A DNA stretch of 64,000 nt from Treponema sp. (GCA_031280125.1 JAITHE010000087.1:7653-71652); one strand, 5' to 3'; numbered from the stretch's first letter, positions 19,851 through 28,852 are shown. A program made the numbers and translations. The notes: generated by a model from the sequence alone, not told the origin.

Positions 19851-20542
19851 ACTTACTGCTGGTACTGGGATCCGACGACGCCTATAACAGGATTTCGCTT
19901 CTCTTAAACCCCCTGGGGTTTGAAATGATCCGCTACCGGCATGTTCAGAAGGCCATGGATAATATTGATGAAATCGATCCCGCGGGGATCATCATCAGCG
20001 CCAGCGATTTCCCCCGGCACTGGAAAACCTTTGCCTGTTTTGTCCGCTACGACCGGCCCAAGCAGGACTGTCCCATTGTACTCCTTAAGGGAAGCCGTTT
20101 TCCGGAAGAGGAAACCAACAAGGCGGCGATCCTGGAAATCAACGGCCTTCTTATGGAATCTCTGGAAAATCCCGAAGAAACAAAAAGTATCCACACCCTC
20201 CTGGCCGGACGATCCCCGGCGAAAAAAACCGGAACCGGGGAAAACTGGACCCGCTTTGGTTTTGTGTTTTCCCACCCCAAAAACAGGAATCTTGTTACCG
20301 GCAGGGTAAAAATCGTCTGCTCCATGGGGGTTTCCTTTGAGCCCGATGATCCAAAGATGATCGAAGATTTAAAGGACGGCGAAAAACTGCCCCTGTGTTC
20401 TTTCCGGGCAGGGGACGACATTCTGTCTCCTTCCTGTGTCCTCCGCCGGAACGGAAAAATCATGTCCCTGGATTTTTCTTCCTTTCCCAGGGGGGAGAAA
20501 AAAAAACTGGGCCTTTATCTGGAAGACGCCTGCCCGAAATGA
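19847..20542 (+). CDS. Hypothetical cytoplasmic protein; receiver-like N-terminus and weak PilZ-like C-terminus
   Basis: ATGA overlap with the upstream gene. The N-terminus LLLVLGSDDAY...GIIISASDFP...PIVLLKG resembles a REC fold. The C-terminal beta-rich part lacks the RxxxR and DxSxxG residues. Confidence 0.5.
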   Translation: MNLLLVLGSDDAYNRISLLLNPLGFEMIRYRHVQKAMDNIDEIDPAGIIISASDFPRHWKTFACFVRYDRPKQDCPIVLLKGSRFPEEETNKAAILEINGLLMESLENPEETKSIHTLLAGRSPAKKTGTGENWTRFGFVFSHPKNRNLVTGRVKIVCSMGVSFEPDDPKMIEDLKDGEKLPLCSFRAGDDILSPSCVLRRNGKIMSLDFSSFPRGEKKKLGLYLEDACPK

Positions 20543-20576
20543 GCCGGGGCAAAGTCCTAACAGGATACACCCTCCG

Positions 20577-21605
20577 GTGATCCTGACCGCCCGGGAAGAC
20601 GACGCGGGCCGGCGTTTGGACCGGATCCTCCGTAAGGCCCTGCCGGCACTGCCCCTGTCCGCCCTGCACCGGCTCCTTCGCCGGGGTATGGTGCTGGTAA
20701 ACGGCCTCCCCGCCCGGGGGGATCAGCGTATCCTTGGGGGGGCGGTGATACGCCTGCCGCCGCAGGTAAACTCCGCCGGTGCGAAAAGGGCAAACGCCTT
20801 TCCCGGAAGGTCCGCCCCAAATTCCGGGGAAGTTCTGGAGATACTCTGGGAAGGGGCGGGTCTTTTGATCCTCAATAAGCCCGCGGGACTGGCGGTTCAC
20901 GGAAAAGCCGGAGAGGATACCCTGGAAGGGCGGGTGCGGACCCGTCTTGCGGAAAGGTTCTCCCCTTCCCTCTCCTTTAAGCCCGGACCCCTCCACCGGC
21001 TGGACCAGCCAAGCAGCGGGATCCTTGTCTTTTCCTCCACCCTGGACGGAGCCCGGCGGTTCAGCGCCCTTTTAAGGGAAGAAAAAATCCGCAAGCGTTA
21101 CCTGGCAATCCTGGAGGGGACGCTGAAAAAAAATGAAACCTGGGAAGAGTTCCTTACCCGGGACAGGGCTGTGGGAAAAACCCTCCCGGCTTCGCCCTCC
21201 CTCCCTCCCTCCGCCGGCCGCCGGGCCTTGACCCGGGCTTTTCCCCTGGCGGCGGCTTCTCCCGGCGGCAGATCCTACACCCTGGCCCGGCTGGAAATAG
21301 AAACCGGCCGTACCCACCAGATCCGCTCCCATGCTGCCTTCCACGGCTATCCCCTGGCGGGGGACCGGAAATACGGCGGCGGCCCCCTGGCTTTAGACGG
21401 CGGAACGGGGGGGGGCAGCTTTTTTCTTCATGCGGAGGAACTGGAAATACCCCCGGAAGAGTGGAAGGCCGCCGGAGACCGGGGATCCCTGCCGCCGCCG
21501 TTTGTCCGGGCTCCTCTGCCGGAACAATTCAGGGAATGTATCAGGAGAATCTTCGGCGATCCCGGCCTGTCTTGTATCCCGGCCCGGAGCCATCAAGCCC
21601 TTTGA
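20577..21605 (+). CDS. RluA-family pseudouridine synthase with S4-like N-terminal domain
   Basis: Catalytic motif HRLDQPSSGILVF and THQIRSH. The longest ORF (20436) overlaps the previous gene, so the in-frame GTG at 20577 is the likely start. Confidence 0.85.
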   Translation: MILTAREDDAGRRLDRILRKALPALPLSALHRLLRRGMVLVNGLPARGDQRILGGAVIRLPPQVNSAGAKRANAFPGRSAPNSGEVLEILWEGAGLLILNKPAGLAVHGKAGEDTLEGRVRTRLAERFSPSLSFKPGPLHRLDQPSSGILVFSSTLDGARRFSALLREEKIRKRYLAILEGTLKKNETWEEFLTRDRAVGKTLPASPSLPPSAGRRALTRAFPLAAASPGGRSYTLARLEIETGRTHQIRSHAAFHGYPLAGDRKYGGGPLALDGGTGGGSFFLHAEELEIPPEEWKAAGDRGSLPPPFVRAPLPEQFRECIRRIFGDPGLSCIPARSHQAL

Positions 21606-21638
21606 GGAAAAGGCTTATATATAAAACCCCGGATGCTG

Positions 21639-21647
21639 TGGTATACT
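21639..21647 (+). promoter_or_regulatory. Extended -10 promoter (TGgTATACT) 6 nt upstream of the ATG at 21654
   Basis: The sequence is ctgTGgTATACTatttccATG. There is no Shine-Dalgarno sequence in between. Confidence 0.45.
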
Positions 21648-21653
21648 ATTTCC

Positions 21654-22514
21654 ATGTTCCGGGAATTTCTTCTTTCCCTGCGGAGGATAAAAACATACGC
21701 CCTAGTTGGAGAGAGCGGCACCGGCAAGAGTTTCCGGGCGGTTTTGGTGGCCCAAAAGTACGGTATTGAATGTATCATCGACGACGGTCTTCTGATCCGG
21801 AACAACCGGATACTGGCAGGCCGGTCGGCAAAAAAAGAAAGGACCTTCCTGGCCGCCGTCAAGGCGGCCCTTTTTGACGACAGGGAACGGCGGAACGGCA
21901 TGATCAGGAAACTGCGGGAAGAAAAAATCAAAAAGATTCTGATTCTGGGAACCTCCGAAAAGATGGTAAACAAGATCGCCGCCAGGCTGGAACTGCCCGC
22001 TCCCGGCAGGATCATCCATATAGAAGACATCGCCAGCCAGGAGGATATTGAAAGGGCCATCAGAACCAGAAAAATCGAAGGTAAGCATGTGATCCCCGTT
22101 CCGTCCATCGAAATAAAGCGCAGCTACCCCCAGATCTTCTACAACGCTATCAGAATATTCAAGCGCCGCCGCCTGCATGAAACCCTGGGTTCCACTCCCC
22201 AGGTTCACGAAAAGTCCGTGGTACGCCCCGAATATTCCAAACGGGGCAAGGTAATTATATCCGAAGCCGCCCTTTCCCAGATGGTTATCCACTGCGTTGA
22301 TGAATATAATGAAGAGATCCGCATCAAAAAAATTTCCGTCAAGGACGACAAGGCGGGATACCGTCTGGTAATCACCATCGACGTACCCTTTGGGCTTCAA
22401 CTGGGAGGAAACATCCACGACCTGCAGCAGTACATCATTGACAATATCGAAAGGTATACGGGAATACTCATAGAAGAGATAAATATCATCATCGATCAGA
22501 TTAGGGAGGGATAA
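21654..22514 (+). CDS. Fusion protein: N-terminal P-loop NTPase/kinase-like domain plus C-terminal Asp23/Gls24-family domain
   Basis: Walker A GESGTGKS is followed by IIDDGLLI, which is reminiscent of HprK/P. The C-terminus RGKVIISEAALSQMVIHCV...YRLVITIDVPFG...IHDLQQYIIDNIERYTGILIEEINIIIDQI matches the Asp23 pattern. An alternative ATG lies at 21633. Confidence 0.7.
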   Translation: MFREFLLSLRRIKTYALVGESGTGKSFRAVLVAQKYGIECIIDDGLLIRNNRILAGRSAKKERTFLAAVKAALFDDRERRNGMIRKLREEKIKKILILGTSEKMVNKIAARLELPAPGRIIHIEDIASQEDIERAIRTRKIEGKHVIPVPSIEIKRSYPQIFYNAIRIFKRRRLHETLGSTPQVHEKSVVRPEYSKRGKVIISEAALSQMVIHCVDEYNEEIRIKKISVKDDKAGYRLVITIDVPFGLQLGGNIHDLQQYIIDNIERYTGILIEEINIIIDQIREG

Positions 22515-22518
22515 ATAT

Positions 22519-23661
22519 ATGAAGCCAAAACAATTCGCCGCCGTTCTTGTTATAGCGGCAGGGCTGGTCCCGGGACTCTCCGCCCAGGTTAAATCCGCCC
22601 ATTATGAGATCTTCGCCCCGGAGGAAACCGGAGATGCCTCCATCGAAATGGAACAGCGCTTCCAGGGCTATAACCGGATATTCCGTTTTGATCCCTCCCT
22701 GCTTGCGGCCCCCCTGCGGGTCAGGATCTTTACCCAACAGGAAGAATACGACTCCTATGTCAGCCTTCGGCTGGGAAACACCCGGCCCGGGGCGGTGTAC
22801 CTCCATTACGATAATCCGGCTTTCAGGGAACTGGTTGTCCACCGGGGCGGCGAAGAAGAGGCCCGGCTTCTTCCCCACCAGGCATTTATCCAGTTCCTCA
22901 GGGCCTTTGTCCCCCAGCCTCCGGCGTGGATCCGGGAGGGTTTTGCATCCTACTTCAACAGCCTTGTGTTCAACCGGGAAACGGAAACCCTGGAATATAC
23001 GGAAAACCTGGACTGGCTGGATGCGGCAAAAAACGCTCCGGCAGATCCCCAAGAGGTGCTGCTGGCGGACGCGGAAAATATGCCCCAGGATTTCCAGGCC
23101 CGGGCCTGGTCCCTGGTCGCGTTTTTTGCCGGCGCCGGAGACCCCGGCCCGGAAAAACCTGATTACCGGCGGGCCCTGACCGACGCCTTTATGGTCCTTT
23201 CCCCCTCCGCTTCCACGGAAGAAAATACCCGGGCGGTCTATAACCGCATCAAGCTGGCGGCCGGCATGGACGAGTTAAAGCGGGATCATGACGGCTACCT
23301 GGATTCTAAAAAAAGTTTTATCGATCTGATCAACGAGGGGCAAAGAGCCTACGGCAACAAAGACTTCGCCGCCGCCGCGGAACGGTTCCGGGAAGCGGCA
23401 AAACTTAAGCCCGGCCACTACGCCTCCTATTACTATCAGGGGCTTCTGGCCTACGAAGACAGAAACTACGCCGGGGCGGAGGAATTCTACAAAACGGCCA
23501 TGGAAAAGGGCGGCGACAGGGCCTTGATCCAGTACGCCCTGGGGGTAAACGCCGTGGCCGCAGGAAAAACCGGTGAGGCCGCCGCCCTCCTTGAGGAAGC
23601 CGCCGCCGATCCCGGCACATACGGAAAGCGCGCCGGGGAACTGCTTAAACGGCTGCGGTAA
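22519..23661 (+). CDS. Secreted protein: DUF1570/MA-peptidase-like domain lacking HExxH, plus C-terminal TPR repeats
   Basis: GGGAGGG Shine-Dalgarno sequence and a signal peptide. LLPHQAFIQFL occupies the place of HExxH. TPR-like YYYQGLLAYEDRNYAGAEEFYKTAME. Confidence 0.55.
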   Translation: MKPKQFAAVLVIAAGLVPGLSAQVKSAHYEIFAPEETGDASIEMEQRFQGYNRIFRFDPSLLAAPLRVRIFTQQEEYDSYVSLRLGNTRPGAVYLHYDNPAFRELVVHRGGEEEARLLPHQAFIQFLRAFVPQPPAWIREGFASYFNSLVFNRETETLEYTENLDWLDAAKNAPADPQEVLLADAENMPQDFQARAWSLVAFFAGAGDPGPEKPDYRRALTDAFMVLSPSASTEENTRAVYNRIKLAAGMDELKRDHDGYLDSKKSFIDLINEGQRAYGNKDFAAAAERFREAAKLKPGHYASYYYQGLLAYEDRNYAGAEEFYKTAMEKGGDRALIQYALGVNAVAAGKTGEAAALLEEAAADPGTYGKRAGELLKRLR

Positions 23662-23697
23662 ATTTCCCAGGGAAGCGCTGGTTCACCATGGGCTGAA

Positions 23698-24882
23698 TTA
23701 TTCGGAGCGTCCCCCAGGTTTCACGCCCCTTCTACGCCTCCGGGGTGTCCGGGAATCCCCTTCCGGGACAGGGTTCCGGGTTCCGCGGCCCGGCACTCCC
23801 CCGGATGATCCGGCGGCGGGCGGCCTTTCCCGGTCCCTTTCAAAGAGGCGTACCTTCTTGATATTAATTCCATGTTCGGCGAAGACAAGCCGGACAGCCC
23901 TTTCCAGTTCCACCCTGGGGGGGTTCATGGGCAGAATAAAACGCCGGGCCTCAAAAAACACCCCCCGGTAATCCTCCCGGTTTTTCAAATCCCCCCAGGC
24001 TGTTTTCCGTTCCAGATAGTCCCGCACCAGGGCCGCCAGCGCCCACCCTTCCGCCGGATCCCCCCCGGAGGATCGGGCCAGGCTGCGGAGATAGGACTCC
24101 CGGAAAGCGGGATCCTTCATCAGGGCGGAGGCCTCTTTTTGGAGGTAACCGTAAAGCCCTGCCTTTTCCAGATCTTCCACAATCGCCGCCGCCTGGGGGG
24201 AACGGATAATTTTGGAAAGCTCCTCCGTCAGCCGGGAAGGAGACACCCGCCCCAGCAGGGGCGCCTCGCTCTTGATACGCCGCCGCAAAAGCCAGGGAAC
24301 GGTAAACCCCCCGGCGGTGGCGTACTTCAGGGCACGGATCATCCGTACAGGATCATCCTTGAAGATCAATGCCGACGCTATAATGGGCCGCAGGCGCTTC
24401 CGCTTGATGTCGCTCATGCCGTTGACATAGTCCACTACCACCTGTTTGCCGGGATCGTAAAAGAGGGCGTTAAAGGAAAAATCCCGGCGCAGCACATCTT
24501 CTTCTATGGTTCCGTAGGTATTACTGGTGGGGCCGTCCCGCAGGGAACGAAAGGTGGAGACCTCGAATATCTTGGGGCCAAAAACTACATGGACCAGCCG
24601 GAAACGTTTTCCAATGATCCGGGAATTACGAAAGATCCGCTTAATCTGCACCGGGGTAGCCCCGGTAACAATGTCAAAGTCCTTGGGCTTTTTACCCAGC
24701 ATTAAATCCCTAACGGCCCCGCCCACAATGTAACTTTCGTAACCGTTTGCCCGGAGCCTGCCGGTGATAAACACCGCGTCCCCATCCACATCGGCGGCAT
24801 TGATCCGGTGTTCTTCCCTGGTATAAACCACGGCTTTTTTTATGAGTTTGCCGTTCTGTTTCTTTCCATAGCGGATCAGCAA
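23698..24882 (-). CDS. pcnB: Poly(A) polymerase I-type nucleotidyltransferase
   Basis: GGAVRDLMLGKKPKDFDIVT and IGKRFRLVHVVFG, which is PcnB-like rather than CCA-adding. Arg-rich C-terminal tail. TTG start. Confidence 0.75.
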   Translation of the reverse strand: MLIRYGKKQNGKLIKKAVVYTREEHRINAADVDGDAVFITGRLRANGYESYIVGGAVRDLMLGKKPKDFDIVTGATPVQIKRIFRNSRIIGKRFRLVHVVFGPKIFEVSTFRSLRDGPTSNTYGTIEEDVLRRDFSFNALFYDPGKQVVVDYVNGMSDIKRKRLRPIIASALIFKDDPVRMIRALKYATAGGFTVPWLLRRRIKSEAPLLGRVSPSRLTEELSKIIRSPQAAAIVEDLEKAGLYGYLQKEASALMKDPAFRESYLRSLARSSGGDPAEGWALAALVRDYLERKTAWGDLKNREDYRGVFFEARRFILPMNPPRVELERAVRLVFAEHGINIKKVRLFERDRERPPAAGSSGGVPGRGTRNPVPEGDSRTPRRRRRGVKPGGRSE

Positions 24883-24900
24883 TCATTCACCCTGATGTCA

Positions 24901-25884
24901 TTAAGTTTGTATCCTCCGCTCAAGCCAGGCAAGGAGGTTCTCTATCACCTCTTCCCGGTTGGTCTCGTTCAGCGGTTCATGGCGGGCTCCGGGGTAGATA
25001 ACAAATTCCAGATCCTCCATTCCGTGCGCCCTATACGCGTTTACCAGTTTTACGGGGCTGGCGCCCATTTCCCCTACAGGATCGGCGCTGCCGCAGAAGA
25101 TATACATGGAAAGCTCCCGGGGTATTCTCCGTACCGCTTTTTTCCGGTGTACCGCTGCCAGCCCTCCTATCATATCACGGTAAAACCCGGAGGAACAGAG
25201 GCCGCCGCAGAGGGGATCCGCCGCATAGGCGTCCACTTCCACCTCGTCCCGGGAAAGCCAGTCAAAGGGGGTACGGTTGAGCCTGAAGGGCTTATTATTG
25301 GCCCCCATGGACAGGGCCTGGGCGGTATAGGAGATCCGCCTGGGATTCAGGCATGCCAGGAGGGCTAGAAAGGGCGCTCCCAGGGCGATCTCCATCCCCC
25401 CCGGCCCCCGGGTACCGGAAAGGATACAGCCCTTCAGAGGGATTCCCCGGCCGTACCCGGAAAGCCCTTCGATAAAGCCCTGCACCAAAAAGGAACCCCA
25501 GGAATGACCCATAATAAAAAGAGGGATCCCAGGGCCGGGATCCCTCCGGACATCCAGAATATACCGGCAGAGAAAACCCAGATCCTCCACCACCTGGAAA
25601 AAGCCGTTTTTGTCGGCGGTATGCCCCAACAATCCGCCGGAATCCGGCCTGTTAACCGCAAAATCCGCCGTTTTTCCATGCCCCCGCATGTCCGCCGCCC
25701 AGACTTCAATGCCCCGGGCGCAGAGCTTTTCCGCCAAGGGCCGGTAACGGAGGGAATGTTCGGTCATCCCATGGACCACGTGAAAAATGGCCCGGGGTTT
25801 CCCCTCCGCCTTCCAGCGCCGCATAAAGAGCTTGACGCCGCCGGCGGATTCAACCCAGCCGGTGGTTTCATCCATAAAAATCAT
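24901..25884 (-). CDS. Alpha/beta hydrolase (lysophospholipase/monoacylglycerol-lipase-like)
   Basis: Nucleophile elbow GHSWGS and HVVHGMTEHSLRY. The start may be the ATG at 25875. Confidence 0.8.
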   Translation of the reverse strand: MIFMDETTGWVESAGGVKLFMRRWKAEGKPRAIFHVVHGMTEHSLRYRPLAEKLCARGIEVWAADMRGHGKTADFAVNRPDSGGLLGHTADKNGFFQVVEDLGFLCRYILDVRRDPGPGIPLFIMGHSWGSFLVQGFIEGLSGYGRGIPLKGCILSGTRGPGGMEIALGAPFLALLACLNPRRISYTAQALSMGANNKPFRLNRTPFDWLSRDEVEVDAYAADPLCGGLCSSGFYRDMIGGLAAVHRKKAVRRIPRELSMYIFCGSADPVGEMGASPVKLVNAYRAHGMEDLEFVIYPGARHEPLNETNREEVIENLLAWLERRIQT

Positions 25885-25886
25885 TA

Positions 25887-25895
25887 TGCTATAGT
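25887..25895 (+). promoter_or_regulatory. Extended -10 promoter (TGcTATAGT) 9 nt upstream of the ATG at 25905
   Basis: The sequence is atTGcTATAGTtctttttatATG, with no Shine-Dalgarno sequence. The palindromic core CTATAG also reads as TATAGC for the divergent hydrolase gene. Confidence 0.45.
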
Positions 25896-25904
25896 TCTTT
25901 TTAT

Positions 25905-27149
25905 ATGTACAAGCCCGGAGCGGAACCCCGGCTGGCCCCGGGGGAGATCCTTTCTCTGGCCGTTGAAAAATGCGTCCCCGGCGGGGAAGGACTTGCCCTT
26001 TACGAAGGAAAACGGATCCTGATCCCCCTAAGCGCCCCGGGGGACCGCCTTCTGGTCAAGGTTGGGGAAGATCGCGGATCCTGGGTCCGGGGGGAAATCG
26101 CCGCTGTAGAGGAAGCGTCCCCCCTGCGGATCGAAGCGCCCTGCCCCCTCTACGGCATCTGCGGGGGCTGTTCCTTCCAGCACCTTTCCTACGAGGCCCA
26201 GTTGAAACTTAAGGAAGAAATCCTAGGCGGCCTCCTAAAACAGGTCTTCCCGGAGACGGGCGGCTTCCAGACGTCCGCCGCGGTGTCTTCGGAGCCCTGG
26301 GGATACAGAAACCGCCTCTCCCTCCACGCCGTCAGGGCCAACCGGGGATCCGGAGCGGGTTTTATGGCCCGGCAAAGCGGCAGGATCATCCCCCTGGAGG
26401 ACTGCCCCGTGGCCGCCGCCCCCGTCCGGTCTGCCCTGGCCGCGTTGAGGCCGCCGCCGGGAAAGGACCGCTTTACGGTCTACGGACGGTGGGAAACCCT
26501 GCTGGCGGAGGGGGGAACCCGGCTGGGGCGGGAAAGCCTGCCGGAACGGGGAAAGATCCGCCTCCTGGACAGGGAGATTACCCTGGACGCCTCCTGTTTT
26601 TTCCAGAGCAACGGGACCATGCTGGAAAGGCTGATCCCTCCCCTGCGGGCGGCGGCGGAACGGGCCCTGGGAGGCGCAGTCCCTTCCAAAGGCCGCCGTT
26701 TCCGGGGTCTCCCCCGCATGGCGGATCTCTACGCCGGGACAGGCACTTTTTCTCTTTTTCTGGCGGATCTTTTTCCGGGCGGGGCAGATTTGCTGGAATC
26801 CGGCGGGCCCTCCCTATCCCTGGCAAAGATCAACCTGAACCGGGCCTGGCCGGGGGGGAAATTCCGCTTTCTTTGCCAAAAAGACGAACACTGGGCGAAA
26901 AACGAGTCCCCGGACTGGGATTTTGCCGTGGCGGACCCTCCCCGGCAGGGCCTTTCTCCCGCCATGGTCCGCCGGATCCGGGAAGAGGGTCCGCCGGTTT
27001 TCGTCTATGTGTCCTGCAACCCCTCCTCCTTTGCCCGGGATTGTTCCATATTAAAAGAAGCTTACGCCATGGAAGAACTGCGGCTCTTTGACTTTTATCC
27101 CCAAACCGCGCATATTGAGATCATGGGGGTTTTTATCCGCCGGGTATGA
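25905..27149 (+). CDS. RumA/TrmA-family RNA (uracil-C5)-methyltransferase with TRAM domain and Fe-S cluster motif
   Basis: Cys cluster CPLYGICGGCSFQH, SAM-methyltransferase motif ADPPRQGL, and catalytic VYVSCNP. Confidence 0.85.
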   Translation: MYKPGAEPRLAPGEILSLAVEKCVPGGEGLALYEGKRILIPLSAPGDRLLVKVGEDRGSWVRGEIAAVEEASPLRIEAPCPLYGICGGCSFQHLSYEAQLKLKEEILGGLLKQVFPETGGFQTSAAVSSEPWGYRNRLSLHAVRANRGSGAGFMARQSGRIIPLEDCPVAAAPVRSALAALRPPPGKDRFTVYGRWETLLAEGGTRLGRESLPERGKIRLLDREITLDASCFFQSNGTMLERLIPPLRAAAERALGGAVPSKGRRFRGLPRMADLYAGTGTFSLFLADLFPGGADLLESGGPSLSLAKINLNRAWPGGKFRFLCQKDEHWAKNESPDWDFAVADPPRQGLSPAMVRRIREEGPPVFVYVSCNPSSFARDCSILKEAYAMEELRLFDFYPQTAHIEIMGVFIRRV

Positions 27150-28852
27150 TCAAAGGAGATCCCGGAAAAACAACGGTTTTCCTCATCCTGTTTGGCACGA
27201 TCCTGGCCGGAAGGATCCCTGCTGAAACGGCGGAGGGGATCTTTCCCAAAGAAAACGCCGGCGCCGCCGTTCCCGTATGGCGGCAGGCCCCCGGAGGCGT
27301 TCTCCTGGGGGTTCCCACTATCCAGGCGGGATCGGTGGTGGCGGTGCTGGACGGGGGGCACCTCAAAGCCTATTCTCTGGAGGGCCGTCCCCTGTGGGAT
27401 TATTATGCCCGGTTCCGGCTTATCCCCTACGTAACCCGGACCAGGGAGGGGACTTGCTATATCTGCCGGACCGACGGGATCCTTATTTCCGTTAACCGGG
27501 CAGGCCGGGAACTGTGGCGAAAAAAAACCGGCGCCATCACCGCTCCGGTTATCGCCGGCTGGGACGGACGGATCTTTGTTACCACCGGAGGAAGGATCCG
27601 CTGTTACACCGCCGCGGGTTACCTCCTGTGGACCTGGGATACAGATGAAACCATCACCGCCGGCCCCTTTTTAACCCGCCAGGGGGGCCTGGCGGCGGCC
27701 TTGGGCAGCGGGGAGCTTTTGGAACTTGATCCCTTTGGCAGGGCCGCTTTCCGGTCCATCGGGGAGGTTCCCTCCACCCTGGTTCCCGCTGCCGGGGGAA
27801 TTCTGGCGCTCCTTAAAAGCGGGGATATTCTTTACTTCCGGGCGGGATCGCCGGAAGTTCCGGCAAAACCCCTGGCCAAACTCCGGGGGATCCCCCTGGG
27901 AGGGGCGAGCCGGGAAAACCTGGCGGCGATCCTCCTGGCCAACGGGCAGGTGACCCAAATCTCCCTTTCCAACGGGAAACGTCAGTGGAACGCCGGAAGC
28001 CACATCGCCGCCGTACAATCCCCGGCGGAGGTTCGGGTCCACTGGGACGACCGGGGAATCTACGTATTCAGCGCCGGCGGCGCCACGGGGTTCAGCGGCG
28101 AGGGAAAAAGGGCGTGGCTTTTCCGGCTGGGAGGGGCATCCTCAATCCCCGCCCTGAGTGATGAGGGAACCCTGTTTTCGGGGGGGGCCGACTGGATCCT
28201 CTACGCCTACAAACTGGAAAACCGGGTCCTGCCTCCGGGGCAGTCCCTCTACGGGCCCGCCCCGGAAGGAAATTACGGCCTTGCGAACCCTCCGCCCTCT
28301 CCCTGGGGGAGGAACGCCCCCTATTTTAGCGAAGCCCAGGTGGGAGAGGAATTACAGCGCCTCAACACGCTGATTCAGGAAGGGAGGGTGGGAGAGGACG
28401 AAATGGCCTACGCCGCCTACCTAAGGGAACTGGGGGGGTCCTCCGTAAATCCCCAGACTTCAAAAACCCACCCCCCCTTACAGGTAAAACAAAGGGCCGA
28501 GGCGGTCCGGCTTCTGGGTTTTATCGGGTCCCGGGAAACTATCCCCTTTCTTACAGGACTTTACCTGCGGGACCCGGATTCCGCAGTAAAGACCGCCGCG
28601 GCCGCCGCCATTGGCCGGATAGGCGTCGATCCCGATGGTACGGCCCTCCAGGCTTTTAGACAGACCATTACGGCGGCCAACCAGGACGAACAAGTCCTGG
28701 TCGCCACCGCCGGAGCCATCGGGGCCCTCTGCCGTTTCGCAGGCCCCCCCTTAAGCGACGCGGGCATACGGCTGCTGGGGACCATGGAAAGCAGCTTTAT
28801 GCCCGCCGCCGCCAGAGCCCAGGCCCGGCGGGAAACGGCGTCGCTGCGCTAG
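27146..28852 (+). CDS. Secreted PQQ-like beta-propeller protein with C-terminal HEAT-like repeats
   Basis: ATGA overlap with the methyltransferase gene. Repeated G..LW..., W motifs are typical of BamB/PQQ-type blades. The C-terminus LLGFIGSRETIPFLTGL...DSAVKTAAAAAIGRIG is HEAT-like. Confidence 0.6.
   Translation: MIKGDPGKTTVFLILFGTILAGRIPAETAEGIFPKENAGAAVPVWRQAPGGVLLGVPTIQAGSVVAVLDGGHLKAYSLEGRPLWDYYARFRLIPYVTRTREGTCYICRTDGILISVNRAGRELWRKKTGAITAPVIAGWDGRIFVTTGGRIRCYTAAGYLLWTWDTDETITAGPFLTRQGGLAAALGSGELLELDPFGRAAFRSIGEVPSTLVPAAGGILALLKSGDILYFRAGSPEVPAKPLAKLRGIPLGGASRENLAAILLANGQVTQISLSNGKRQWNAGSHIAAVQSPAEVRVHWDDRGIYVFSAGGATGFSGEGKRAWLFRLGGASSIPALSDEGTLFSGGADWILYAYKLENRVLPPGQSLYGPAPEGNYGLANPPPSPWGRNAPYFSEAQVGEELQRLNTLIQEGRVGEDEMAYAAYLRELGGSSVNPQTSKTHPPLQVKQRAEAVRLLGFIGSRETIPFLTGLYLRDPDSAVKTAAAAAIGRIGVDPDGTALQAFRQTITAANQDEQVLVATAGAIGALCRFAGPPLSDAGIRLLGTMESSFMPAAARAQARRETASLR

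Noticed and set aside
19847-20542. Calling this protein a c-di-GMP-binding PilZ response regulator
   Set aside because: The RxxxR and D/NxSxxG ligand-binding motifs are absent, and the receiver acid pocket is only partly recognisable. It is kept as hypothetical.
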